Part shown: piece by piece, positions 43,698-62,750 of the stretch | How positions within the stretch are numbered: the first letter of the stretch is position 1 | How the letters are laid out: each line of letters starts with the position of its first letter | DNA from: Blastocystis sp. Blastoise | Lineage: Eukaryota; Protista; Bigyra: Opalinata | DNA length: 64,000 bases | Assembly (NCBI GenBank): GCA_039096225.1 | Contig: JBBPEB010000034.1 | Location: 496,001-560,000, forward strand | Direction of reading: 5' to 3' | The notes under the pieces: model-generated | Database searches by the model: none | Seen by the model: the letters and a program-made list of their open reading frames with translations, nothing else | Told to the model about the DNA's origin: nothing | Translations under genes and position numbers: made by a program

Positions 43698-44994
43698 TTA
43701 GTTTTCAGGAGCATCATCAAAACCATAAGGATATTTATGTTGCCAGTTCCAGGCATCTCTACACATATCTTTAATAGTTAACTTAGCTTCCCAACCTAAT
43801 ACTTCTTTAGCCTTCTTAGTATCAGCATAAACAGTAGCTAAATCACCAGGTCTACGAGGTTCAATCTTATAAGCAAGTTTATGACCACAAGCTTCTTCCA
43901 TTCCGTGAAGAACTTCAAGAACAGAAGAACCATGACCAGTACCAAGATTAATAATATCAAGACCATGTCCATGTAATTTATCTAAGATATATTGAATAGC
44001 CTTAAGATGGCCATCAGCAAGATCCATAACATGAATATAATCACGAACACCAGTACCATCAGGAGTATCATAATCATCACCATAAACACGTAAATACTCT
44101 CTACGACCAACAGCTACTTGTTGAATATAAGGAACAAGATTATTAGGAATACCATTAGGAGATTCACCTATTTCACCAGAAGGATGAGCACCAACAGGGT
44201 TGAAATAACGAAGAAGAATAACACCCCAAGTCTTATCAGCAAGGTAATTATCAGTTAAAATTTGTTCCATCATACATTTAGATTGACCATAAGGATTAGT
44301 AATACCGTGACCAACAGGAGAAGCTTCAGTAAGAGGAACGGGAGCATCACCATAAACAGTAGCAGAAGAAGAGAAAACAATAACATATTTATATGAAATA
44401 CATAAAAAAATTAATTAATTAAATAATAATAAATAATAAATAATAACAACATACCAATAACTTTACAGTTATGTTTATTCATGGCATTTAATAAAGTGAA
44501 GGTACCACCAAGGTTATTGTTATAATAAAGTAAAGGCTTAACAACAGATTCACCAACACTCTTTAAAGCACCAAAGTGAATAACAGCATCAAAAGGACCA
44601 TTTTCAGTGAAAAGTCTTTCAACATCAGCTTCTTTAAGAAGATCACCGTATATATAAATTAAGATATTGTTCTTATTAATAAAAAAAATAAAAATAAAAA
44701 AAATAAAAAATTAAAAAAATTTCTTCAAAAAAAAAAACACCATTATATAAAAACACAAATGCACATCCGAGAACAAGAGTTAAACGGTCATCAGTGACAC
44801 CGGAGAGCTTTTGAAGAGCCTTGAAACACTTAGGACTAGAATTACATAAGTTATCGAAAAGAGTAACTTTATAACCGTTTTGTAATAAAACAAGAGCAGT
44901 ATGAGAACCAATGTAACCGTTACCTCCTAAAAACATATGATAAGAATATTCACATAAGACTCTACATACCAGTTAAAAGAATATGTTGAACCAT
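43698..44994 (-). CDS. GALE: UDP-glucose 4-epimerase (3 introns, two with non-canonical ends)
   Basis: [13 protein letters not shown]; [13 protein letters not shown]; [10 protein letters not shown]; NPYGQSK; [10 protein letters not shown]; [11 protein letters not shown]. Confidence 0.97.
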
Positions 44995-45497
44995 TTTGTA
45001 TTGAATTAGTTATTGATAAAAATAAATTATGACGTTTTTTTTCTATTTAAGAACTTTGGAAGTCTCTTTCTGAGAATCAAGAATCTATATGCGTCATCCA
45101 TAGACTTATGGGTAAATAGGGTACAGACGTTAATTGAACCAACTGAATTAAAGAAAAAATTGAAATGTATGGTCATTTTTTTGGTTTTTTCATGAATGAG
45201 GCGTCCTTCATCGTTATTGAATATACTGATAGCTAAGAATTCATTGGTTGAACCAAATCTGAACGAGTTTTTATCATATGAAAGAAATTCAGCATAGACT
45301 TAATTTTATATTTGGTCTGAAAAGGAAATTTTATTTTTATAGAGAAATTATTTCGTAGAATTGTGATTCTTCTTCAAAACTCAAAATATTTTAAAAAAAT
45401 CTTGATTATTTTATTGTGTCTTTTTTTTTAGATTCATTTGTGTTGATTCAGGAGCATAAGAATTATATTATTTCATCTGATAAGTTAATTCTCTCAA

Positions 45498-48906
<3,409 letters not shown>

Positions 48907-49284
48907 CATATATATATTTTTGTTTCTTTTCTTTGTAAATATGGGGATTATAGTTAAGATATTTTTATTGGGTTAAAGTTTAGTATAAAAGTCTATTATT
49001 TTTTTGTTTTAGCAAGTATTTTTGTGTTTCATTTTAGTTTATTTGTTTTGTTATTTCTGTTAAATATATATATTTATGTTATTAATATAAATATGTAAAG
49101 ATTTTTGAAATTTTTTAATAAGATTCAAAACAAATGTTATAAATATTATTTACTTTGCACATGTAGTTTATATATATATATTCACAAGTAATTATTATTT
49201 TTTTATAAATTACATAACAAAACAAGTATTATTTACATATATATATATATATAATTTTCTTATATAATTTATGAAGACGAATCT

Positions 49285-50724
49285 TTACTCTAAATATGTA
49301 AATGTATCCCTATATAATATATATATATATATATAATAATAATATATAATAATCTCCCAGATAATAATAATATATATATATAATAATAATATATAATAAT
49401 AATAATAATATATAATATATATATACATATCATCTTCATCTCTCATAATGAATTCTCTCTCTTCCATCACTTCTAATTCCCGCTTTAATAAGAGCGGTAT
49501 ATCTAACGATTCACCTATATATATATATATATAATAAAATAATAAATATAATCATAATATATAATCATAATTATAGCAATACAAAAAAAATAAATAAACA
49601 TTAAAATAATCCTCTCTTATTATATATATATACCAAAGTATATCGAATTGATTTTTTCTTCAACATCATGAAGTAGTTGTTTAAATGTATATACTTGATT
49701 TTTCTTTAATAAATGAACTATCATTGCATCAATAATATTATAAATATTCATCTTTATAGCTTCATCATTCTCATGATTTCCTTTAATATCTATATCATTA
49801 TCTTGAGAATCCCCGCGGTTTTCCAAAGGATTATAAAAAAGAGGAGGGATATATAACTCTGTATTTTTATTGGAGAACTGTTTATTAAATGAAATTTTTG
49901 ATTGGTTATTAATTGGTTCATCCACTAATAGAATAGAATAAGGAGTATAGAATAATTCTATTGTCTTCATAAGAACTTCTTTTGGAATATTTATATTTTT
50001 TTCTTTTTTTATATAATTATAAAATGATAACAGAGTAATCACTTGTGAATTTGCTTGTGATTGAAAACATATATGAGCATAATCTAGTAATAATTGAAGA
50101 ATAGTATATTGAAAAAGAGAAATATGAAGAAGAATTGAAGAAGAAGATGATGATGAAGAAGGAAGTGAGAATTGAACAGTTAATTGAGTCTATAATGATT
50201 TTTGAAATTATTATTATATATATATATAAATAATATAATATAATCATATATATACATATTCAGGAATAATATCGATTTTTCTTGTTGAATAGGTGCTATT
50301 ATAAAGAGATATATAATGATTCAAGCTTTCAGAATATAATGAATATATAGAATTATATAGAGATAAAGATGGAGCATATAAATATGTCGGATTCCCGTGG
50401 TTATCCTCAATTAATGAAGTAAATAATGTTTTACTTATTGGTGATACATTCAGAGGTAATTCTAACTATATATAAAATATATTTACATGAATTATTTAAA
50501 GAATATTAGTACTATATTTAAAAAACCTAAATATATAATATATACATTTTCTTTTTTCTTATTAGCAGTTTTTTGTATAGATTTTGCAGTTATTTTTGAG
50601 TTTGCAATATCTTTTAATAAATAACGAATATTTGACATTTGAGAGAAAGGAATATAAGACTATATTAAATATGTATAGAGTAATTATTATGTCAATTATT
50701 ATAGTATATAAATAATATAATAAT

Positions 50725-50775
<51 letters not shown>

Positions 50776-51408
50776 CATATAAGCTTACATTATAAATATC
50801 AAAAAGTTGGATTTCATACTGAATATTAAATGAAGTATATATATATCTATAAAGAAGTTTCATTCTATATAAATATTCAAAGTATTCTTTATTTAATATA
50901 TTTGGATATATATCTTTCATTTCTTTATTTAATAAAATTATTGAATTTTTATTATTAGTTTCAATACATAAACTTATATAATTCATTAAAACATTAATAT
51001 ATTTATTATTTCTATTAAATAATAGTGTTTCAGATTCATAGATATCCATAAGGAGAAACTCAGAGGAACACAAATGTGTGTTAATAACAGATCGAATTCT
51101 ATTTATATACAAGAAATAATCATCAAAACAACTTGATAACTATATATAGAGTATTATTTTTATTTTATATATAAGTATAAATATTTAATTCTATAAATAT
51201 ATACTGAAGAAGAATCTAAAATTGTTTGTAATTGTATATATATATAAAGTTTAAATATATTTCTAAAAATAAGAAATCCTGTTGAAGTATAATTATAGAG
51301 AGAATATAGAAGATGAAGAACTATATATATATTATATTATATAAGGTTATATAAGGTTATATACATTCATAATTCTTGTTATTCATAACAGTTGTAAAGC
51401 CATCATTA

Positions 51409-51490
<82 letters not shown>

Positions 51491-52557
51491 ATAAAAAATA
51501 CTTCAAGTGTTTCATTCCCGCGATTATATATCAATTCATTATACATATTAATGATCATTGATTTTAAATATTTTTCATTTGATATATACATTGATAATGA
51601 TTGTATTTGACTAGTAATATATGAAGATACCTATATAATATTCATAGTAAATATTTATATAATAATAATAATATATAAATAAATATATATAATATCTATT
51701 CCATATATATATAATAGAAACCATAATAAATAATGACAAAAAAAAAAAATAAATCAATAAATATTTATATATACATTAGAATAGAATTCAAGAGTACTCT
51801 TATTCTTTTTCATCTCATTATATTTACGGTTATAAATCGTATTTTTTATTGATTTTATTTCATGAATAAAAATATTTTCATAACAATTTTTACTTGGAAT
51901 ATAACTATCAAAAAAGGAATACATATTGTTGAGAGATGTAAGAATATGTTTAGCATCTATATCATTATATTGACTAGCGTCAAATTCTTCATAGAAACAA
52001 TCATCAATTTCAACAAACGTTTTTATATATTTCTGAATAAGTGATTCTTTTGAAATATATACAATCTCATAATAAAGAGAACATGCTAATGTATCCAAAG
52101 GAATGAAATCCATATTGGTTGTTAAACTTACTGATTGATTCTATATACGTTAGAATGTCTTACAATGTATTTATTATATATACGACAATTCCCATATATT
52201 GGTTTATACGTTTTACACTACTATAATACTCATCCCATACTGTTACGAATGCTACAATTGAAGAAATATCGTCTTCAGATGAAAGAGATGTAGATATCTT
52301 GCTGCAATGTATATATAATTCATGCACCATTTTATCAAAGAGTTCTTTTGCTGAATTCAAACGAACAATTTGAAAGATCAAACTATATATAAGAAATTAA
52401 AAATTCATTTTTTATTGTTGTAATACTCGCAGACATTCAATGATATTGAATCACTTTTCTTTCCATTTAATAAGTTATGAAATGCACTAATGAGCGTCGA
52501 AACAGTCTCATCTTTTTCACTGGGTGTCAATGAGATTGTAGGAATACGAAGAGACAT
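49285..52557 (-). CDS. Divergent cullin-like protein (~10 introns)
   Basis: N-terminal WDEYYSSVKRINQYM; YNSTYSTRKIDI; C-terminal winged-helix IIDAMIVHLLKK...FKQLLHDV...LEVMEEREFIMRDEDD..TFTYLE*. Confidence 0.75.
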
Positions 52558-52822
52558 ATTTGATTTTAAAATAATAGAATTAAAGTCTATAAAACAACAA
52601 TAATATATATTAAAAACAGAATCTCGAACCCATAAAAGGCGTCTTTCAAGGTTATTTTTCTTTTTTGGCTGAATGAATATAGGAACGTAAAAGGATTGAT
52701 TAGGATAGCTTTATTTTTTTTTCATCTCATCACTATACAGTTCAACATGCTTTTTATTCTCACTTTTTGTATTATTTCGTTATTATTTTAAATTACTTAC
52801 ATTTTTGTATTGTTATTTCGTC

Positions 52823-53766
52823 ATGGTATTTAACTTTTTCAGTTTGTTCTCATTTTTATATAGAATTGCAAAACTCTTTTTTTCGCATTATTAATTGCTG
52901 TCGTTTGTGCTCAATCTGAACCTAAGATTATCTTCAATAAGAACGTTGATGCTGCTACCAACTACATTGGTGAAAATCATCCTTTTACTATTATCTACTC
53001 CATTTACAACGTTGGTGAAGCTACTGCTTATAATGTAACTATTAACGATCAATGGCCTACTGAAGGTTTCGATCATGATGGTGTCTATCCTATTGTCATT
53101 GAAGAATTAGAAGCGTAAATATTTTTTTTAATACTTTTTATTTTCATATATATTTTTTTATGATTTAATTATGTATTCATTTATTATTTATTTTTTTTTA
53201 TTATTTATATTTATATACTATTTATTTTAGTGGTGCTTCCATTGAAAAGAACATTACTGCTACTCCTCGTCAATCTGGCTATCTTGAAACTGCTCGTGCT
53301 CAACTCTCTTATGTTACTGTTGATGAACAAGAACAATCTCATACTTATGTATATATATGTGTTTTTTTAATTTTTTTTTTTTTTATTATTTATTTATTAT
53401 ATAATATATATATTTTAATTTATATATTATATATATAATAATTTTTGTTAATATTATAATAATAATAATAATATAGAATGGATTTTCTTCTTCTATGGGT
53501 ACTCTTCCCATTCTTCCTGAAGCTCAATACAAAATCTATACTTCTAATACTTATGTATATATATTTATTTATAAGCTTCTATTACTCTATATAATATAAT
53601 ATAGTATAATTTATTATATAATTTATTATATAATTTATAATATAATATATATATAATATATCTTCTATAGCTTGCTTGGGCTATTTTCATTCTTGGTGTT
53701 TGTGCTGTCATTGGTTATCCTCTTTACAAATATTTCGCTCCTGAACAAAAACCTAAATCTGCATAA
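52823..53766 (+). CDS. SSR2: Translocon-associated protein beta (ATG-only first coding exon; 4 introns)
   Basis: Signal peptide; IIFNKNV; TIIYSIYNVGEATAYNVTIND; RAQLSY; GFSSSMG; C-terminal TM. Missed by the ORF track. Confidence 0.9.
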
Positions 53767-54136
53767 ATGTTTATCATAAGTTCTTATTTTTGATTCATTT
53801 AACACATATTGGGAATATACTAAAAATAATGTAAATTGTGTTGTTTTGCTCTATAGAAATGATATTATAAAGAAATTTTGAACAAAATAATAAATATTAT
53901 ATAATTGTTCTTGTAAATCTATTATTAATTTAGGGAAATCATTTAAAAAATATTTCTTTATGATAAGTAAAATATGAATATATATTTGGGCTTGTGATAC
54001 ACCAGCATTTGAAAAGTCCAATGGAATCACACATCAATTATTTTTTGTCTTCACATCATTCTTCACCTATAGTATTATATCAGGCATGACTTTATTATTG
54101 ATTTTCAGCAACAATATTGCGGTCAATAGAAAAATA

Positions 54137-54347
54137 TGACACAAAATAAATAAAAAATACTATTATTGACGAGGTTCCTTCTGCCAATCATATATTGTAT
54201 TGCTGTCAAATTTTGTATTCGATTTGTCATTTAAGAACAAAAACTGTGTGTGTCATACTGTTTTTATCAATCAGAATAGAGATACAGAACGTGTGTCATC
54301 AATAATGTCATTTACGAATTCTTGTGTTTTCCCTGTTTGAAATGTCA
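54137..54347. promoter_or_regulatory. Cluster of seven TGTCA/TGACA pentamers upstream of legumain
   Basis: TGACA 54137; TGTCA 54204, 54225, 54251, 54294, 54306, 54343. Function is inferred. Confidence 0.45.
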
Positions 54348-54395
54348 AAAAAATTTATTGTTTTTTTAAATTATAGATAAATATCATATAAAATA

Positions 54396-55763
<1,368 letters not shown>

Positions 55764-56011
55764 GTATTATTTTTTATTGTTTATGTAAGTTTCTATATAT
55801 ATATATATATATTATAATTTTTGGATGTGTGTATAAAGTTTCAAAATTAAAATATTACCTAAATTGTTTTGTGATAATATTTAATGGTCATATTACTAAA
55901 ACTGTTTAATTGAAAAATAATTTTTTAAAAACAAAAAAAAAATAAATAATAATAATTGTTTTGAAAAAAAGTGGCTAAACTCTTAAGACTAAGAGATAAA
56001 TAAAAGAAAAA

Positions 56012-56529
56012 TTATTTGATGATGATTTTGAAGAAATAAATAATGAATAGATAGATAGTGAGAGTAGCTATAGTGATGGAATCAAATTTCATCGTAGAAT
56101 CAGGATTAAAATGAAGAGTATTTTTGTTATTGAATGAATATAGAGAGAGAGATGAGTTGATGAGAATGGAAGGAGAAGGAATAGATATACCTTGTTCATT
56201 AAATAGAGTATATTCTTCAAAGAATAATAATTTCTATATATAAATAATGAATGAATATAATATAATAATAAAAAATACATGTAAGAAATAGAATTGAATA
56301 GTATAAGATTGATTTGAGATGAGAAAGAAAGATAGAGTATCATTATTATTCTATATATATAGAATAATAAATAAATAATAGAATAATAAATACAATAGAA
56401 TAAAGAGATAGAGATTTTGGTATATATTGATGAATAATAATTGAATAATTTTGATTATTTTGATTGATATTCGTGAATGTATAAGATAATAAAGAAGAGA
56501 ATCTAGAATATTCTATATATAGAATAATG

Positions 56530-56564
<35 letters not shown>

Positions 56565-57796
56565 TACGTTTCAATGAATAATGAATATGAATAGGTGATT
56601 TGAAATAAAGAATATAATAATAAAGATTCTTTGAATGAAGAATAGAAGAAAGAGGAGAAGAAGAAGAAGAAGAAAAGGAGAGAGATTGATAGGATATTGA
56701 TGAATCTATATAGAATAATAATAATAATAATATAATAAATAATAAATAATAAATAAAAAATATTAATATAATAAATAATAAATAATAAATAATAATATAA
56801 TAATATAATAATATAATAATTAAAAAATACATGAATGAATAAGAATAGATGAATAATTGAGATTTTGAATAGATATAGAAAGAGGAAGATGAAGATAAAG
56901 AATAGTATTTGTATATATAGGTAACTTATAAAGAATAGAAGAAATAGGAAGAATACTAGAACAATCTAATTGAATTGTTGATATATTAGGATATAAATGA
57001 ATTCCTATAAATCATAATAAATAAATCATAAATATAATAATATAAATACCAAATTGAATATATGGATAATTAAATAATGAAGAATAAGATAATAGAGAAG
57101 ACCAATAAGGATTTGATTGTAATAAGAGATAGAATTCATTTATAAATAATATATTCATTTTATAATTATCTTTATAATATTCTATTACTATAATAATAAT
57201 AAATAAATAATAATAAATAATAAATATACAATTAGGATAAATATTATAATTATAGAATAAATGTTTATTCTTAATATAGAATGGAAACATAATATTAATA
57301 ATTTCAAGTTCATTTGTTAATGAATTTGAATGTATATGAATTCTTAATCCCTAATAATAATAATAATAATATATATATAATATAAAAATATAAATACTTG
57401 TGAATATTGAATATAAAATGATAACCCATATTCTTCTTTATAATTTCCTTTTACAATATATATATCTACAGAATTATTCTATAATATACAATAATAATTA
57501 TATATAAATATATACAAGTGAATAGAAAAGTTGTTTAAATTTATAATTATTCTTTTGATTGAAAAAGAATTCATTTATTGTTTCTATAAAAGAATAATAA
57601 TAATAAAATTTATAAAAATAATATATATATTTGAATTACTATTAGAATAAATAGTTTTTAAATGAAAAGAAATTAATTTATTTGATATTATTCTTGTATT
57701 AATTTCATTTTCAATACGATTTTGTATTGATTCAAAAGACAAAGAAGTACTTGGTAAAATATAAAATAATAAAAATAATAAAAATAATATCTTCAT
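56012..57796 (-). CDS. Highly divergent GPI transamidase subunit PIG-T/Gpi16-like protein (~8 introns)
   Basis: Signal peptide; C-terminal KLLFFEEYTLFNEQGISIPSPSI and NPDSTMKFDSITIATLTIYLF resemble PIG-T [21 protein letters not shown] and TPDFSMPYNVICLTCTV (recalled); terminal TM. Confidence 0.6.
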
Positions 57797-58126
57797 TCTA
57801 TTATTTATCAATATTTCTATTCAAATAATAAATAAAAAAATATATTGTATTTTAAATTATTAAAAATTATATTTAAATATATATAGATTATTTTATATAT
57901 ATAATAATAAATAAATTATTTAAAAAATTATAATCAAAATTAAAAAAAAAATAATAAAAATAATAATTAGAAAATGAAACAATAATAAAAGAAGAAGAAA
58001 AAAGAAAAGAAAACAATAATAATTAAAAAAAGAGAAAAAAATGAAAATGGTTGAATGTGTCTGATAATGAATAAAAAAGTAAAAAAATATGAAAAATAAT
58101 AAAAACCGTGTTTAAATGAGAATAAT

Positions 58127-58343
58127 GGGTAAAAGAAGAATTGTCGGTATTTAGGGTAAGTGAAATCCAGGGGTAAATATAAAGAATAATAGTTTTTAAG
58201 AGGTATAATTGGAATTGAGGGCCATGATGAAAAAAAATATTTTTACAAAAATTTTGTCTGTGTATTTTGTTACCAAGAAAATTATCTAATATAGTCTATT
58301 CACGGTCTAATAAACATATATTTAAGAAATGGGTAAATATAAA
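58127..58343 (+). promoter_or_regulatory. Four GGGTAA elements upstream of RPL35
   Basis: GGGTAA at 58127, 58154, 58171, 58331; the last two share GGGTAAATATAAA. Confidence 0.4.
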
Positions 58344-58373
58344 TAAATAGATAATGATTTATAATGATAAGAA

Positions 58374-59177
58374 ATGGCTACTGTTAAAGCTTACACCCTT
58401 CGTGGACTTAAGAGAGAAGAACTTGAAACCAAACTCAACGAATTCAAGACTGAACTTAGTGGTGTATGTGATAGGATATATTATTATATATATAGAAATG
58501 TTTTTTTATTGATATTCTTGAAAAGAAAAGAAATTATTTTTTTAATTATTATTCTTTTATTATTATTTATTGTTTATTATATTCATTATAAGTTTTAATA
58601 ATGAATTTAATGTAATTTATATTGATATTTAATGTTTTTTTGAATAATTTGATTGAAATTTGATTTTTTTTTATTTTTATTATTTAATATTATTATGTTA
58701 TTCTTATTATATTTATTATTTATTATTATTATATTATTTATTATATTATTTATTATTATAAAAATAATATAATATATATTTTATTATTATTATAGCTTCG
58801 TGTTATTCAAGCTTCTAGTGGTGCTCCTGCTAAACTTGCTCAAATTAAAATTGTTCGTAAGAATATTGCTCGTGCCCTTACTGTTTTAAATCAAACTAAG
58901 AGAGCTGCTGTATTTATTTTATTTTATTGTATTTTTATTTTTATTTTATTTTTATTTTTATTTAATAATAATAATTATATAAATAATAATAATAATAATA
59001 TTATTATAGGTTCGTAAACAAGTTAAAGGTAAGAAATACATTCCTACTGATATGAGAGCTAAGAAGACTCGTGCTATGCGTCGTGCTCTTACTCAACATC
59101 AAGCTACTAAGAAGACTCTTGCTCAACTTAAGAAACGTATTGCTTTCCCTACCAGAAAATTCGCTCTTAAGGCTTAA
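58374..59177 (+). CDS. RPL35: 60S ribosomal protein L35 (uL29); 2 introns
   Basis: MATVKAYTLR...KLAQIKIVRKNIARALTV...KKYIPTDMRAKKTRAMRRALT...FALKA*. Confidence 0.97.
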
Positions 59178-59558
59178 ATATATTTATCCTATTTGATATA
59201 ACTTATTAAATATGAAAATATTAAAAGTTTTCACCGTGAAAAAGATTGTAAAAAGTATTGTTTTGTGTATTTTATAGTATCTTCCTTCTTCTTCTTCTGT
59301 ATGCAAATTATTCATATTCAAATTGATGTTTATTATATTGATTTATCAGCTCAGATATCAACAAATTTTTTATTCATTTTTTATTTCACTTATTCTTATT
59401 TATTAATACACATAATAACACAATTTTGAATGCCAAAAAGAGTTTTTTAAATTTTATAAGAAAAAAAAAAGTCGTAAGCAGAAAAAACATACCAAATATA
59501 TTATTAAAAAAAATTGTAGACAAAACGTTTCTACATAAGTTAATTTCTTGATTTCATT

Positions 59559-62500
59559 ATGTGGATCGTTATATATATCTTAATATTTTCTCTGTTGGTG
59601 TCCGGTCATTCAAATGAGTTTTCTTTACATGAAAGAATGACAGAAGAACAGATCCTTTCAGAATTCAAGATCCCAGAAGTTATTGTATCTAATTAAAAAA
59701 TTATGGATAACTATTTGGCTAGTCTAGAGATATCTTTGATATTGATAGTTTTTCAATTGATCGTGGTTTGTCTGTTGATGATATGATAAAGAAACTAGAT
59801 TCTTATAAAATTAAATATTTCATAGATATCCGTCTTGTTGGGATGAATAAGAATGGAATGGGAAATATTCAAATAGATTCAGATCGTTTATTGAAGTTTT
59901 TCCAGAAATTCTCGGAGTATATTGTTATAATCGATAATATCTTTAATATAAATATAGAATAGATGATGAGGTCGTTGTATTAGATAAAGATGAAGAAGAA
60001 TCTAAATTAAAAATTAATGAAAAATATCAATTTGAAATCAGTCATGTTCCTAACTCCGTCTCTCAACAAATTAATAAAATTATAAAGTATCTGATATATG
60101 TTAGAAATCTATAATAATAATAATAATGATAAATTTACGTAATTTTAGTGAACATTTGAATGAGAATACAAATATAATTCCTACAAAATTAATTCACTCG
60201 ATTCTGGACAGTGATTATCGGGATAATCAATTCTCTTATACTATATATATTCTTAATACAGATATCTATACAAACCAAACGTATAAATATATATATATAT
60301 TATTATTATTATTTTTTATTGTTGATATTATCTTATATATATATTTCATTTTTTTCGAGATGTTTTTTGTTTATTAATTAATAATATTTATTATATGATA
60401 TTATATATATATATAGATATTCTTACAGTCCTTCTTTAATTTCTTGTCCTACTTCTTTGGGTATATCTAATTCCCACGATTATAAGTACTTCTTCTATGA
60501 TTTATCTGCTGAATACCATCAAGTGAATCCGTCCTATATACAAGAAAATGAGCAAGAAGGACATTCACTTCCAAAAATATACTCAAATAACCACGGGAAT
60601 CAACATGAATTTATTGAAGAAAAATTATTATCGGGTATATTTTTTATGAATTTTATATAGTTGATAACTAATTATTTATATTTTATGTATTCAATATGAT
60701 TACATTAAAGAATATATTCTATATATAGATTTATCTATATTTTGTATGAAGATTATAAAATATATGGTTACACCGCCTCTTTCTCATCTCCCTAACTCTA
60801 TATATATTCCTCATAAAGCAAATTCCCACGGTTATTCTTACGACGATCCTCGAAATCATATGCGAACTGTATATGTATATATAATAACATTATATGAAGA
60901 AGAGGAAGAAGAGAAGAATAAAAAGTCAAATCATTATGAAGAACAGAAGGAACAAGAAATTAAAGATACAATTAAACAATCATTACAAGTATATATATAT
61001 GATATTTTTATTGTTATTTATGATACAATATACTACCTATTATATGTAGATATATATATTATTATTATTTATACTTATTTTTAAAACCGATTAAATCTAT
61101 ATATATATAAATGGAACTATATATATTATCATTATATATATATAGTCTTTAATGCTTCCTTATCAAACACTTCAATTACAATATCTTTCCATTCCTCTAT
61201 TTAAATGTCCCCTATGTTTACAGTCTTTCTCCCATGCTAAGAAGTACTATTATCCATCCAATGAAATGAACGAAGAATCTGGTGCATCCAATGAAAATGA
61301 AGAGAAACCTGAATTTACAATTGATAGCGTTGTTCTTCATCATTATATTAATAAATATAAAGATACCATTATGAATACACTTAATATCACTACCAGTCTA
61401 TTTCAAGAAGAAGATATAATTCTACCTGTTTTTATGTATATATATATATATGTATTATTTTCTTATTGATTCTATATATATTTTATTATAAATAAATATT
61501 ATTTGCTTAATCAATTTTATAAATATATAATATTATTATTATTTTAGATATAAATTAAATACATTACAAACTTTACTTATCGACGAAATTCACCAGTCAC
61601 GGTCGTTCGATGACATGGTACTCGTCATCCAAACGAAAGCTAAACAAGTATTTATATAGACTATTATTATTATTATATTATTATTATTTATATTATTATA
61701 TTCTTATTATTAATTATATTCATATAATAATTATTATATATATTATTATACTAATTATTATACCTATTAATAATCATATAATACTATAAAATCTTCTCTA
61801 TTTATATATAGCATCGTATTCCATTTCAATGTATGAAGAATTCCCTCTATATATATCCTTCAAATCCTCTTCCTTCTATTCTTGGAACACTATTCACTTC
61901 TCTTTTTGGAATACTACCATCTCATATGTATATATATATATATATATTTATTTATTTCCTGATATGAATTATATATATAACTATATATAATAAAGCTATA
62001 TTCATACTTATATTATTAAATACTATCTATAGTTCTTATAACAGTATTCTACATGAATATTCCCGCGATTATACGTTTGTTTCTATTCCTGACGCTTTAT
62101 CTAATTTGTATCCTTCTCTCACTACAAACTTTAAACATACAAGTATACATTTATATATTATACTTATTATTATTCTATTTATTACTATTATATTTATTAT
62201 AATCTTATTATAATCTTATTATTATGCTAATTATTATACTTAATATTTTTATAAACAATAAACATTATTCTTTTCCTATAGATCAAGTGATGCGTGGATA
62301 TATATATAAGTATATACATATGTCTCGAGAGGATATATATCAAACATTATATCATTTCAAACAATATAATGTACCTATTAAAGCACTTCTAGATACAAAA
62401 CTATATAGAACATTCATTATACGTTGGAATATATTAATGTATATATACGATGATATTTCTTCCTCTTTTTCTCTTCAAAATTATAATCGAACATTGTTTT

Positions 62501-62717
62501 ATACGCATGTAGGTATGTTATTCTTATCATAATTATATATATATATAATAATCAATAGAATGATAATAAATATATTCATAATAATAATAATATATAATAC
62601 AAAGGATAAATATAAATAATATAAACCAAATATATATAGCTGTAGAAGAAGCCTATAATCTTCATTTAATGATACATACCGGTACATATAAACTACAACC
62701 ATCTCTTATTTGTACTA

Positions 62718-62750
<33 letters not shown>

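Noticed and set aside
43698-44994. GalE as a pseudogene because of broken splice sites
   Set aside because: Exons are intact with strong codon bias and all catalytic motifs; only boundary bases deviate.
58464-58795. Intronic snoRNA in RPL35 intron 1
   Set aside because: No convincing box C/D pair or H/ACA structure seen; an Infernal search would be needed.
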